Shown in pieces: positions 28,580 to 41,852 of a stretch of 64,000 nucleotides of DNA. Position 1 is the stretch's first letter, and each line of letters begins with the position of its first letter. The position numbers were made by a program, and so were the translations under genes. The notes under the pieces are model-generated. The model did no database searches. It was not told the DNA's origin and saw only the letters and a list, made by a program, of their open reading frames with translations. Source of the stretch: the human T2T-CHM13v2.0 reference genome, Homo sapiens; NCBI RefSeq assembly GCF_009914755.1, contig NC_060932.1; one strand, 5' to 3'.

Positions 28580-28593
28580 CCAGCAGGTGGCGG
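28580..28593 (+). promoter_or_regulatory. CTCF-like motif
   Basis: CCAGCAGGTGGCGG, 14/14 match to CCASYAGRKGGCRS. Confidence 0.6.
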
Positions 28594-29079
28594 TAATGGG
28601 TCTTGGGGAAAAGCACCTTTTTCTAATTCAGCAACACGCCCAGCCGGGGTTTGTGGTGGCTTGGGGTAAAGTGAGGGGTGTGGCTTAGACGTTACCTAAC
28701 TTTACTTCAGCATTTGACGCTGTGGAGTATGACCTGCCCCTGGGTTAGCGGCTACTCCACACGAGATCTGTAGAGGCGGGTCATACTTGTGCTGCTCTGA
28801 GCCAGTGCGGGCAGATAAGTGTGAGTCCAACACAGAAAGAGCTCTATAGGAACCACAGTGCCAGAGATTTATGACAGTGAGGTGCCCATCACGAGAAGTA
28901 TTGAAGCTGAGGCAGATGATTATTTGTTAGTGATACTGTAGAAAATCCTAAAACATTAGGTGGGGTTGGGTTGGACAGACTTTCAGGTTCCCTTCCAACC
29001 CATAGAGCCTACACAGCTATTTTACTAAGAGGAAAATGACGTCAAGCTCTTGAGCTCACTGAGGGAAGGAATGTGCCTT

Positions 29080-29376
29080 TTTTTTTTTCCCCATTATGGA
29101 ATTTTGCTCTTGTTGCCTGAGGTGGAGAGCAATGGTGTGATCTCGGCTCACTGCCACCTCCGCCCCCTGGGTTCAAGCGATTCTCTTGCCTCAGCCTCCG
29201 GAGTAGCTGGGATTACAGGTGTGCGCCACCATGCCTGGCTAATTTTTTGTATTCTTAGTAGAGAGGGGGTTTCACTGTGTTGGCCAGGCTGGTCTTGAAC
29301 TCCTAACCTCAGGTGATGCATCCACCTTGGCCTCCCAAACAGCTGGGATTACAGGCGTGAGCCACTGCTCCCAGCC
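29080..29376 (-). mobile_element. Alu (AluS-like)
   Basis: TSD ggaatgtgcctt at 29068-29079 and 29377-29388. Confidence 0.92.
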
Positions 29377-30386
29377 GGAATGTGCCTTCTTTGGCATCTC
29401 CTGTCCCTAGCGGCACATATGGTAATGATGTTAATACATATAATGGGCTTTATTGAACAAGTGGGGGACAGAGAACTGGGATCAGAGCTGTAATCTGCTT
29501 AGCCAAATGACTTCTGGGGCCCCATCTCGCCTTGCAGATGGTTCCCCAATCTGGGCTGCCATCTTGAAACTCTGGATGTGCATCAAAGAGCCCCCATCTC
29601 CAACACCGGCCTTCTACCTCCAGGGGCAGAGGATTGGTCAGGGCAGCAGCCCCCAGTCTCTCTTTTGTCCTTCCGGTCTCCCTCAGGAGACGGAGTATGA
29701 AAGGAATGACATTGCCACTCTGCAATGGTCTGGACAGCTGGCCTAAATCCAGTAGAGGACTCTGAGTGTCCTAAAAATACCAGTCCCCGCCCCAGTGCTC
29801 TACCCCAGCCCCCACCCCCAGAAATCCCTGACAGTAACCATGTGCTGCCTCCACGTCACTCAGAGAAACCTTGGCAAATGTCAGCCGCAGTCGCTTGTAA
29901 TCTTCAGGGAGGTGAGACGGTGCCAGAAGTGGCCGGTTTCTTTATCCACATCGCCCAGATATAAACAATATGGGGAAATAATGACAGGGAGATCCTTGTA
30001 GGCCAGCCTCCTGACAACATTTCTCCCTGAGTGAAGTCCCTCCCAAAGCACAGGCCGTAATGGCCCCGGGGGGTGGCAGCTAGTTACCTTATCTCCTGGA
30101 GGCAAAAGCGCCTCCGTGAAAGACATTTTTGGTGCCGCGTTCGGGATGTCTCAGTAATCCTCTCATTTATGTACGCAGACAAGGAGATCAAAGCCCCTGG
30201 GGATGCATAAAACATGTCAAGCCAGGGAGTTTTACATCCATTAGAGCTGACAAATGCTTTGTCCAGCTGATGGGGTGGCCAGATAGCCACCCTGAGGACT
30301 GGAGGGCTGCGAGGAGGTGGCCTGGCTGGGAGACACTGGCTGTATGGATGCAGGCACAGAGAAGGCCAGGGAGTGGCGGGGGCTGA

Positions 30387-30791
<405 letters not shown>

Positions 30792-31802
30792 AAAAGCAGG
30801 CAAGAAAAGAAACTGAATATCATCAATATTCTCCTTTGAAAGTCACAGGATTGTAGAATTCACCCGCAGCCTGGCCTGTCGCCATCATGGTTGCTATAGG
30901 GTGGCCCAATTCTTCCGGGACCAGGCAGGAGTGTGCTCCCCGGATCCCGCTGGGGGGAGATCCATACACAGAGGAGCAAAGTGTCCCTGAGGCGGCCAGG
31001 AGCTCTCCTGATCCCGGGAAGGCAGAGACCATTGTTCATCCCCAAATAAGGGGAGTGTTTAAGTGAGAATGTTGGGGTGTATGTGTGTGTGTGCGCACAC
31101 ACGCATGGGGGGTGGGGGTGCGCCACCCAGGAGCCATGCCTGCTGCTTCTCCTGGGAGCAGGAGCACAGACAGCACCTCTCATAGGTCCAAGAGCCTGCA
31201 ATGTGAGTCAGTGATATTCCTGTAGTTTCATAACTTGAGTGCATTCCCGTGGATCCTCACGGCGACTGCAGGGCCTCATTGGATAGTCATATCTGGCTTC
31301 ATGTTGCAAGTCTCACTTGCAAATGGCAAGTGCGTGGAAGTCTGTTGAATGGCCAGGGAAACCTTGCCTTCAGTTCTGTAAGCTGTCCCGCCCGGCGCCG
31401 TGAGCACAGCATGGTTGCTGTAGAGGTCATTGGGCCTCACAGTGGCTTGGGCTCTCGGCTCCTCTGTTGCTGTGTCCCTCAGTGTCCCAGTACAGGGTCC
31501 ATGGTACTGTTTCTAGAACCAGAAGCTCAGTCAGCGAGTCCTCCGTCTTCGTCACGTGAAAGAGCCTTGCAGGCCGGATCCATCCGTCTCTCCTGGTGGG
31601 CCCGTTTCAACCTTAAAGCTAAGGAATTGATGATGTGGGGAGTGCCTTCATATGGATGGGTTCATTTGGAGCTAGTCACACGCTTCCCTGTGGAAACAAT
31701 GGAATGCTTCCAAATCCAAAAATGTCCCAAACCCATTTCCTAAAACGCCATCTATTTCCAGCAAAAAATACATTCTGTTGCAAACTTGTATGTAATTTAA
31801 AT

Positions 31803-32342
31803 CAGCAGTTCCCCAACCTTTTTGGCACCAGGGACCAGTTTTGTGGAAGCCAATTTTTCCACAGACTGGGGAGAAGGGATGGTTTCGGGATGATTCCAGC
31901 ACTTTACACTTATTGCGCACTTTACTTCTGTTATTATTACATTGTGATATGTAATGAAATAATTATACAACCCACCATGATGTAGAAACAGTGGGAGCCC
32001 TGAGCTTGTTTTCCTGTAACTAGACAGTCCCATCTGGGGGTGATGGGAGACAGTGACAGATCATCAGGCATTAGATTATCATAAGGAGCATGCAACCCAG
32101 ATCCCTTGCACGCACAGTTCACAATAGGGGCTTTCAGCAACACAGCTGCTTCTTGCTCCTATGAGAATCTAATCCCATCGCTGATCTGACAGGAGGCGGA
32201 GCTCAGGCAGTAAAGCATGTGATAGGGAGAGCTACAAATACAGATGAAGCCTCACTCACTCACCTGCCGCTCACCTCCTGCTGCGTGACCCAACTGGCCA
32301 CAGAATGGTACCAGTCCGTGGCCCAGGGGTTGGGAACCTTTA
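31803..32342 (-). mobile_element. MER1A-like hAT/Charlie non-autonomous DNA transposon
   Basis: Terminal inverted repeats cagcagttccccaacc / ggggttgggaacc; 8-bp TSD ATTTAAAT at 31795-31802 and 32343-32350. Confidence 0.88.
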
Positions 32343-32515
32343 ATTTAAATAAAGTAAAACAATTTGATGAAGCTATCATTTCCTTTCCCCAAATACTAGT
32401 TCCTGAGGAAAATTTAATTTAATCAAAAGAATGCAGAGATACATACAGAGACGTTTGCATTCATCCAAGGGCGCTTCCAAGAACCTGCAGGTGCTGTACT
32501 GTGAAGATGGATTGC

Positions 32516-32817
32516 TTTTTGTTTGTTTGTTTGCTTTTGAGATGGAGTCTTGCTCTGTCACCCAGGCTGAAGCGCAGTGTTGCCATCTTGGCTCACTGCA
32601 ACCTCTGCCTCCTGGGTTCAAGTAATTCTCCTGCCTCAGCCTCCAAATACCTGGGACTACAGGTGTGCACCACCACACCTGGCTAATTTTTGTATATTTA
32701 GTAGAGATGGGGTTTCATCATGTTCTCCAGGCTGGTCTCAAACTCCTGACCTCAAGTGATCCACTCACCTCGGCCTCCCAAAGTGCTGGGATTACAGGCC
32801 GGAGCCACTGTGCCTGG
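32516..32817 (-). mobile_element. Alu (AluS-like)
   Basis: Reverse Alu dimer directly abutting a young L1. Confidence 0.92.
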
Positions 32818-32826
32818 TGTTGCTTG

Positions 32827-33280
32827 CTTTTTTTTTGGTTTTTTATTTATTTATTTATTTATTATTATTATACTTTAAGTTTTAGGGTACATGTGCACAT
32901 TGTGCAGGTTAGTAACATACGTACACATGTGCCATGCAGGTGTCCTGCACCCACTAACTCGTCATCTAGCATTAGGTATATCTCCCAATGCTATCCCTCC
33001 CCCTCCCCCCACCCCACAACAGTCCCCAGAGTGTGATGTTCCCCTTCCTGTGTCCATGTGATCTCATTGTTCAATTCCCACCTATGAGTGAGAATATGCG
33101 GTGTTTGGTTTTTTGTTCTTGCGATAGTTTACTGAGAATGATGGTTTCCAATTTCATCCATGTCCCTACAAAGGACATGAACTCATCATTTTTTATGGCT
33201 GCATAGTATTCCACAGTGTATATACCACCATTAATGCTTAATGTGGCATTAAGAAAATGCCACATTTTCTTAATCCAGTC
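32827..33280 (-). mobile_element. Young 5'-truncated L1 (L1PA2-like) 3' end
   Basis: Near-consensus L1PA 3'UTR (ttattatactttaagttttagggtacatgtgcac...) with the ancestral GAG at the Ta-diagnostic site (aactcgtcatctagc). TSD tgttgcttg at 32818-32826 and 33281-33289. Confidence 0.92.
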
Positions 33281-33528
33281 TGTTGCTTGTTTTTTTTACA
33301 CTGCTCCACTTCAAACAGAATACATTTTCCTTTCATTAATACAGACCCTTCACATTTATGATTGAGGTCATTAAAAAATCTCCCTCTACTCCAAAACAAA
33401 ATGATGAAAAAAGCAAGAGAAAGCAAGGTAGGGTCGGGGGAGCCCTTCTCTGAGACAACTGGGTGAGAGCTCAGGGGAGACACAGGAGTAAGAGAGAATG
33501 CCCATATGGGAGCAAAGGTCTGATCTGA

Positions 33529-33795
<267 letters not shown>

Positions 33796-36207
33796 GCAGT
33801 GTCATGTAGAGTGACAGTAAGTGACAATTACACACTTAGAACCTCCATTGATACTGCATTGTCTTTAGGATGGAGTCTAAACTCCCAAAGGTGGTGGGTT
33901 CCTTGATCTCTCCCCAGTCTTCTCTGGCCTCTCCTCTTCACATTCTTTTAATGTGCGCCCTTCCTTGTAGCCTCTTTTAGCTCACGTTTCTGAGCCCTTG
34001 CATGAGCTTCTTCTTAGAATGTCCCTCTCCCAGCATCAGCTTGGCAAGACCCTCTACTTGCTCTCAAAGCTCAGCTCAAGCACCATGTCCTATCGGAAGC
34101 CTTCCCTGAGTGTCTGGCCTGGGAGGCAGGTGACTTCCTGTGTCCTTCCCTCCATTCCAACTCTTATCCAATTGTTAGGTTGCATTACACAGCCCCTGCT
34201 AAACCAGTTGCCCATGGCATCCCCTAGACACTGAGTTTCTGGTGGGCATAGACCATGTCTCACCCATCTCTGTATTCCTAGTGCCGGACAGCACAGCCAG
34301 TCTCAGTGAATGAGCACAGTTTAATGAATCATTGAATAATTCATGTGCATTCGAATGATGTACTTAAGTGCTTCCCAGATATGCCCCCAAGAAATTCCAT
34401 TTCCACAGAATGATAGATATTGGCGGACAAGTGTTTTTTGTACAAAATTAATTTGGGGAAATGCTAGATGAAGCAAATAAAACAGATGTCTTTATTGCAG
34501 TGTTTTAAAAATCTTTTACTATGCTAACATGTATTAATATCTAAGGGGCAGATATAAATTTAAGCATTTCCCAAACTCATTTGATCACTGCCATCTTTTC
34601 TCTTTGTAAAGAAGTCCATCTTTACATAGAGTTCTACGGTGCACGCTTTTGGGAAATTTCTTTATCAGTTCTCCTATGAAGCACGCTTGCTGGAAGACAG
34701 CAGCGGGATGGCACTTGGGAGAATGTCATCATGGCCATGGCGATGTATGTTCTGCTTGCATATTTAATTAGCCATGCATCTGCTGCGCTTACATTGCCTT
34801 CTTATACTAATCATACTAGTTATTCATAATCTCTAAGATGTGTGGGAAACTCACTGAACCTCAAGCGAGGCCTTCTCTTAGGCAGGGATTCTCTTCTTTC
34901 TGGTTAGCAGATTGGATTCATTTTCCTAATTTGTGAGTTTTGCATTATTTGTTAATATTTTCCCTCTGTGCTCTTTTGCTGTACAATTATTTCTCTGGGT
35001 TTTCCATGAGACTCGGCAGTCACTAACTGGCCTCCTTTGCTTTTTAGGAACACACTCAGCAGGGAAAGCTCCCGAGTGGCCGCTCATGCAGCCTGACCCT
35101 GGAGCATCTGCAGGTAGCCTCACAGACTCCAGGAATCCCTGCAACTTGGGAAGGGGACCTCCCAAGGTCACATAACCCATCTCCTGCCTCCAGGAGTGGT
35201 CCCCTTACTACCGTTAACATAGTGCCTGGGCTGACAGTCTTTGAGAGGTGGCTGAGTCCCACTCTCATCACTTCCCTCACCCTAGCCCTGGTGGCAGACC
35301 CCATCTGCTCTCAGAGCTCCCTCTCCCATTTCTCATGGGGAAAGAATTGGACCGTGGATGTGGGAGGTTTCAACCACAGTGAAAGAAACCGGGATTACTC
35401 ATGGAGGAATGTCCCATCAATCACAGAGCATTAAAAACACGACCCAGAGGGATTTAAAAAGCACAGACACTGATTGTCTGCTACATTTATTCCTGAGGGA
35501 GGACGATGAACAACATGACTCCTCAAGGTCTCTGCAACTTGGGGCATCAGAGCTGAGTCTGCTCTGTGATGGCGATGGGGAAGGGAAGACAGTGGGTGGG
35601 GTAGGAGGTAGAAATAAGGTCAAGCAGGGGTTTCCACTTGACCTTCTCAATTCATTCCCTCCTCAAACATCTGCTGAGCACCTACCGTGTGCCAGGCACC
35701 GCCTCGGACCCAGGGGACTCAGCTGCAAGTGACATGCCAGCTCTCTCCAGGCATCTACATGGCTGTCCCAGAGTCCAAAACAAAAATAACTTGTTCAGTG
35801 AACACTTTTGAGGGCTACTAATTTGCCAAGTTAGGCACCAACTTTCATTTTTTTAAAGTTCTGTTTTATTGTGATAAAATACACCTAAAATTTACCACCT
35901 CAACCATTTTTATGTGTACACTTCTGTGGCATTAAGAACATTCACATTGTTGTATCATCACTGCCATCCATCTCCAGAACTTTTCCATCTTTCCATACTG
36001 AAGCTCTGCACCCGTTAAACACTAACTTCCCATTCCCCTTCCCCCAGACCCTGGCAACCTCGACTTTGTCTTTGGATTTGACTCCTCTAGGGACCTTCTA
36101 TAAGTGGAATCATGCAGTATTTGTCCTTTTGTGGCTGGCTTATTTTACTTAGCATAATGTCCTCAAGGTTCATCCATGTTGTAGCACAGGTCAGAATTTC
36201 CTTCCTT

Positions 36208-36510
36208 CTTTTGTTTTGTTTGTTTTTTGAGACAGAGTTTCACTCTTTTTGTCCAGACTGGAGTGCAATGGCATGATCTCGGCTCACTGCAACCTCCGCC
36301 TCCAGTGTTCAAGGGTTCTCCTGCCTCAGCCCCCTGAGTAGCTGGGATTACATGTGCCTGCCACCACGCCCGGCTGATTTTGTATTTTTAGTAGATACAG
36401 GGTTTCACCACATTGGCCAAGCTAGTCTCAAACTCCTGACCTCAAGTGATCTGCCCACCTCAGCCTCCCAAAGTGCTGGGATTACAGGCATGAGACACTG
36501 CACCCAGCCC
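36208..36510 (-). mobile_element. Alu (AluS-like)
   Basis: TSD aatttccttcctt at 36195-36207 and 36512-36524. Confidence 0.92.
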
Positions 36511-36604
36511 CAATTTCCTTCCTTTTTGAGGTTAAATAATATTCCACCACATGGATAGACCATGTTTTGCTTATTCATTCATCTGCCAATGCACACTTGG
36601 GTTG

Positions 36605-36969
36605 TGATATGGTTTGGCTGTGTCCCCACCCAAATCTCATCTTGATTTGTAGCTCCCATAATCCCCACATGTCATGGGTGACCCAGTGGGAGGTAATTGA
36701 ATCGTGGGGGGGCAGGTTTTTTCCATACTTTTCTCATGATAGTGAATAAGTCTCTCAAGATGTGATCATTTTATAAAGGGGAGTTCCCCTGCACACTCTC
36801 TTGCCTGCTGCCATGTAAGATGTGCCTTTGCTACACCTTCACCTTCTGCTGTGATTGTGAGGCCTCCCCAGCCACGTGGAACTGTGAGTCCATTAAACCT
36901 ATTTTTTTTTAAATAAATGACCTAGTCTCAGATATGTCTTTATTAGCAGCTTGAGAACGGACTAATACA
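36605..36969 (+). mobile_element. THE1-type MaLR solo LTR
   Basis: tgatatggtttggctgtgtccccacccaaatctc...gagaacggactaataca; TG...CA ends; 5-bp TSD ggttg/gattg. Confidence 0.92.
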
Positions 36970-37118
36970 GATTGCTTCTACATTTGGCTATTGTGAGTCA
37001 TGCTGCTATGAACATGGGTGTACAACCAACATTAATTTTACTTTAACATTTACAATAGCTGCAGGCACTCATCACTTCTAGGGGGAGGAGGAGGCATCCC
37101 TGAATTGCATGTCACGTG

Positions 37119-37397
37119 TCAGCAAAGGGGCCCAACTATATAAGTGCTTTGTGGCTGTAGCCTTGTGCTAGTAGATCTGAGAGACAGGGAATGGAAAGTG
37201 AGAGACCCAGGTGAGACTTGCAAGTTCACGGAGTAGAGAGGTGACATGTGAAGGACATGTGAAGCACAAAGTGAACCGATCTCGGGCTCTCCTCCCACCT
37301 CACTTGGTGAGGCCAGGTGAGCATGTTTTAAAAAGTGAGCTGATGGGGCAGGTAGGAGCCTCCCCTGTTTCCTTCCTTCCTGCAGAGACTGTCCCAT
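37119..37397 (-). other. 92-aa ORF resembling the putative C8orf14/LINC00208 peptide; coding status doubtful
   Basis: MGQSLQEGRKQGRLLPAPSAHF...; length and position fit my unverified recollection of C8orf14. Weak Kozak context (C at -3), no recognisable domain. Confidence 0.45.
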
Positions 37398-38004
37398 AAG
37401 TGGACAGCCAGGCTAATGAAAGGCAAACCTCAGGGTCTCATCCCGTTTCTGAATTCTGCAAACTCGCTAGACTAGCCGTGGTGAGTATGTGAAACCCAGC
37501 TTCTGATCGCTCAGTGGGAGACTTTCCAGACCCCTCATGTTGCCATCCTAGCATCTCTGGTCACCTCTGTTTGCTGCTTACTCTAGAATGTGTGTGCAGA
37601 GGAAAAGAAATGGCAGCAAATATCGATCCTGCAGTGGAGATTCTTATGAGCAGTTCTGACCAAGAAGAGGAGATCAAAACCTCCTCCACACATCCAGATG
37701 GGTTGCCTCCTCCTTCTATGGGCCTGGAGGCAGGAGCATGGGCATTAGTCCAGGGTGAGTCTGATCCAGATTAAGTAGGGGAATCACCTACCTACGCCTT
37801 TAAAACAATGCAAATAACTAGTGAGAACTTTTTAAATTCATGAAGCATTTTCTTGTATTTCATCTCATTTGTGTGAGGTTGGTGGAGCAGGTGTTATTTT
37901 TCCAATGCCCACATGAAGACCGGGACACAGGCTCAGGGCAGTTGAGTGCCTGCTCCACAGTCACACGGCTGGTGAAATGCAACCTGGGCTCTTTAACTAA
38001 GGCC

Positions 38005-38330
38005 TGTTTCATTGAAATTGAATGTTTGTGTCCCCCTATAATTTACACATTGAATTCTGAATTCATATGGGGCCTTTGGGAGGTGATGAGGATATGAGGG
38101 TGGAGCCCTCACAAATGGGATTACTGCCCTTATAAAAGGGAACCCAATGTGCTCTCTTGCCTTCTTTCTGGCAGTTGAGGGCACAGCCAGAAGTCAGCAG
38201 TGTGCAGCCACCAAAACATGCCAGCAGCTGACCTCAGACTTCTAGCTTCAGAGCTGCAGGAAATAAATTTCCATGGCTCATAAGCTGTGTAGCCTCTGGC
38301 ACTTCATTATAGCAGTCCATACTGATTGAC
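38005..38330 (+). mobile_element. MaLR LTR (MLT1A-like)
   Basis: gaatgtttgtgtcccc...ggggcctttgggaggtgat...gggattactgcccttataaaag. Confidence 0.75.
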
Positions 38331-39950
38331 CCACCCGGAGTCCTTCATAATGTAGAGGACTGGACTGAGGACTGGACCAGCCCAGTTCAACAGCAGTCTT
38401 TCAGCTTCAAAGTTCTGGGACACCATTGTGACACTCTCCTCACTGGCAGATGCCACAGGCTGGACTGCCCCTGTGGCTCATCCTAGGGACCTTAGCATCT
38501 GGAAAAACACTATCAGAGAGGGCAAAACTTCTGGGTGCTCACTAGTATTGAGTGCTTCTCTGTGCCTGGGCACTGCATTGTGCACTGTGCAACTAACTGA
38601 ATGCTCATGACCGTTCCAGGCCATGGTAGGGAGGTAGGAGGATTATTCTCTGTTTGTAGAAGAGAAGACTAAGGTTTATAGAGGTTCCATGAAATTCAAA
38701 GGACAATATGGGAGCATGCCAGGAGTAAGTAGAAAGCCAGATGGGTAGCGTTCAGAGAACATCCCTGAACATGCCACATGCACAAGGTGTGTTAACACAC
38801 CTGTGAGGCCCTGGGTCCTTGGATCAGGCCCTCCTAGGCTGGGATGTTGCCATTCTCAGCCAAGCCTGAGGCTCCCAGCCCAGGGAGACATGCCCAGCTC
38901 ATCCAGATTGGCTGCGGATGCCTGGTGTTTACACCATCTTCACTGAGGTGACAGCCCCGAGCTTCCAACACAGCCCCTCCCAGCAGTGGGGAGAGTGGAC
39001 ATACCGGACCAGCTGCTGGCCCCAGGCTGACCCCCCTGACCCCAAAGCTGTCCCAGGGAGACAGTTATGCGGTGGGCCCAGACCACCAACGATGCAGCCA
39101 GACAAGGTGGAGTTGAAGCAAAGGGGGAGCCAGGGGGAAGGACCCCTCAGGCTTGGTCCATTCTTGGCTCCACACAGGTGTGTACTGAATGCCCACTGCT
39201 TGAGTGGACGGCAACCAAAACACTGGCCAACCTCGACTGAACACTTCACAAACACCATCTCGAGTGTCCTCACCACAGCCCAGCGGGGTGGGCCTGTTAC
39301 TAACCAGATTGTGCAGCTGTGGAAACTGAGGCACAGCAGAGAGGGTCAGCCACATGCCTGAGGTTACTATGCCCTGGGGAGGGGCAGAGCCAGGACCTGC
39401 ATCCAGGCGTGGCTGCATCCAGGGACCCCTGGAGCCCTGCCTCACTCCACTGCCCGGGATGGGAGCCCACTGAAATTCCCACTGGCGCCTTTCCAGCTGC
39501 ATCTGCGGTGGGAATGCTGGTGTGACACAGGCACTCAGAACACCGAGGGGGAAGAGGGTGGAGTGTTTCATGGTCAGTGGGTACAGGGCCCACCACCCAT
39601 CCCACCCCAGCCCCGCCCCACTTACGTGGCTTCCTCGACAGAACGCAGCTGTCGCCTGAGGGCTCGTCCAGCCACGTGGGAGGGAACTTGTCCAAGACCA
39701 CAAATGGCCTTCCCAGGGTGGGGTGGCGGTGGTTGTAGTAACTCCTGAGTTCCCACCCTTGTCCCAGGAAGGCTGGGCACAATTGCAGTTCAGCTCAAGA
39801 AACAAAGCATAGCATCCTTAGCTGCACAGAGGTCATTTCCATCAGCCCGCTGCCTCCATCCACAGGCCCGGCCTTTCTGATGAAGGCCTGTCTCATACTG
39901 CAAGAAAAGGGCAAGTCATGCATTCTGTGGGCTTTTCCCCCCAAACACTG

Positions 39951-40029
39951 TTAGGGTGAACTGTATGAAATTGCTAATATTCAATGATTTTTGATCTACA
40001 GAATTGCAGTTTTATATGGTCCAACCTCA
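39951..40029 (+). mobile_element. MADE2-like mariner MITE (~80 bp)
   Basis: ttagggtgaactgtatgaaattgc...gcagttttatatggtccaacct: imperfect terminal inverted repeats matching the recalled MADE2 consensus. Confidence 0.75.
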
Positions 40030-41852
40030 TACTTGAGAGGTCCACATTGGCCCAACAGAATTTGCTGGGAAGCCCTGATTAGAACCCTTAAATCCTACAG
40101 TATGCCAAGTCCTTTCTCACGTGGCTGACTCTGTCCCTGCAAAGTGCTCTCCAGGGCCAGCTGTGCTGGGAGCAGCTGGGCCCACCCTGTTGGCAAACCT
40201 TGCCAATGGGGAAACGCAGGAAGGACGCTGGACTGGAGGTCAAAAGCCTTGTGACCTGGGGCAATTCACGCAACTTCCATGAGCCTTGGTTTCCTCATCT
40301 GTACCTTCCCACAGCATTATCATGCCATCCGGTGAAAGGATCTAAGTGAAGTGTCTCCCTCCAGGCCTGCACTCAGTGCCGGGTAAGTCTGTGGGGAGTG
40401 AGTTGGAATCACCGAGAACCCAGTTCAGCTCAGAAAGTCTCCATGAAGATGCACGGCCAGAACAGAACACTTCGGGATCAGCCAGCCACCCCTACCCCAG
40501 CTCCACTGCTGGGCCCTAGAGATGCCTAGGCCACTGCCAGACACTGTGGTGGCCATGTTCACCTCTCTCCATCCGACGCTTGGCCTGCTCCATCTCTTCT
40601 GCCCGTCTGCCTGGCTATTATTTTGCCAGAGGCCCTACACACTTGTTCAGGCTTGCTGGGTTGAGGGTGCTCTGGACTTGGAAGATTGCTCCCCTCAACT
40701 CTAGTCCTATTCCTCTTGGACAGACCCCTATAGCCCACCCAGCCCTCTGAAACCCCACTTCTTATAACACACCCACACTTCTACAGCACTTCCCATAACC
40801 ACCCCCGTCATGGTACCATAGCCACCCGCCTTCATGACACCCCACTCCCCATGACCCACCCACCCCAGGACACACTCACTCCTGGGGAACACACCCATCC
40901 ATCCATCTTTGCATCTTTCCTGGCCTCCCGGCGAGGGGTCCCACCACTTTTACCTGCCCTGGGAAATGATCCAGGCAGAATGGAGCACCGTCTCCACCGG
41001 CCTCTGAGAGAACCAAGAAAGTGTTGACGTTTCCCCCAGTCAGTTCCTCTAAGTCTTGATTATTGTCTCCAAGAGTTAGGGGACATTGGATGAGAGCTTT
41101 CTAAGTGCCCGGTCCTGCCCTAGGTATTCACCATAACCCTAGGAGATAAAACTGTTATAATTTTCATAAAAGAAACCTGAGGCACAGAGAATTTCAGTAA
41201 CTTGCCAGAAATCACAGAGGTTGAGCCCAGGCAGAGACCAGTCTGCACACCTCCAGCTCTGAGGGTCTAAGGGTTCTTTCTGTATTGAGGCCTGGAACAG
41301 CTTCCTGCAGTCATTAATGGCATCAGAGCCCGGAGGGAGCTAGGAACAGATGCTCAGTCTCTGAAAACCGAGGAGACTTCTCCACAGATCGGAGATTCCT
41401 GCTAAGTCCAGTAAGGGATTTTATCCAGAATTCTCCAAAGCTCCCAAAATCTCAGACTTCAGGTGAGCCTGGACTCACAGACTAGACTCTTGCAAAGGTG
41501 AAGATTTGGAAAGTAAGGCTGTCCTGCTACTTTCAGGGGGTACTAAGGAGCTCAAGAGAGATTAACAGAGTGTTGTCAGGGAATTGCTTTAAAAGAGATT
41601 AGTGGTAAGCACATCCAGTAGGTTTCTGGAGGTTCTTGGAAGCCTTTACAAGGTTTTTCTTCCCTACTCAGGTGAAATATATTTCTCCATTTGCATTGGT
41701 TTGGCGAATTCTATTTCCTCAAAGAGTGTGCCAGAGAAACTCCACGTTGCTTTTTCAGAGTTATAGACAAAGTTGGAAGAGACCTAACAGGGCTTCTAAC
41801 CTTTCCTGTTAATGCTGAGGAAGCCAGGGTCCAGAGGTTGACCCTGATGCTG

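Larger units (their letters stand above)
35860..37030 (-). mobile_element. L1MB-like 3' fragment hosting an Alu and a THE1 LTR
   Basis: L1M 3'UTR text resumes after each insertion (ttaaataatattcc...; gcttctacatttggctattgtg). Confidence 0.8.
36920..41750 (-). ncRNA. LINC00208: Probable LINC00208 (C8orf14) transcription unit; boundaries approximate, exon structure not resolved
   Basis: Recalled position about 12-17 kb 3' of BLK on the same strand. Contains the 92-aa ORF at 37119-37397 and an AATAAA at 36939-36944 on the minus strand. The 5' end is not supported by sequence alone. Confidence 0.55.

Noticed and set aside
40730-40910. C/A-skewed stretch with recurring cccact/catgac words
   Set aside because: No stable period by eye; treated as ordinary low-complexity sequence.
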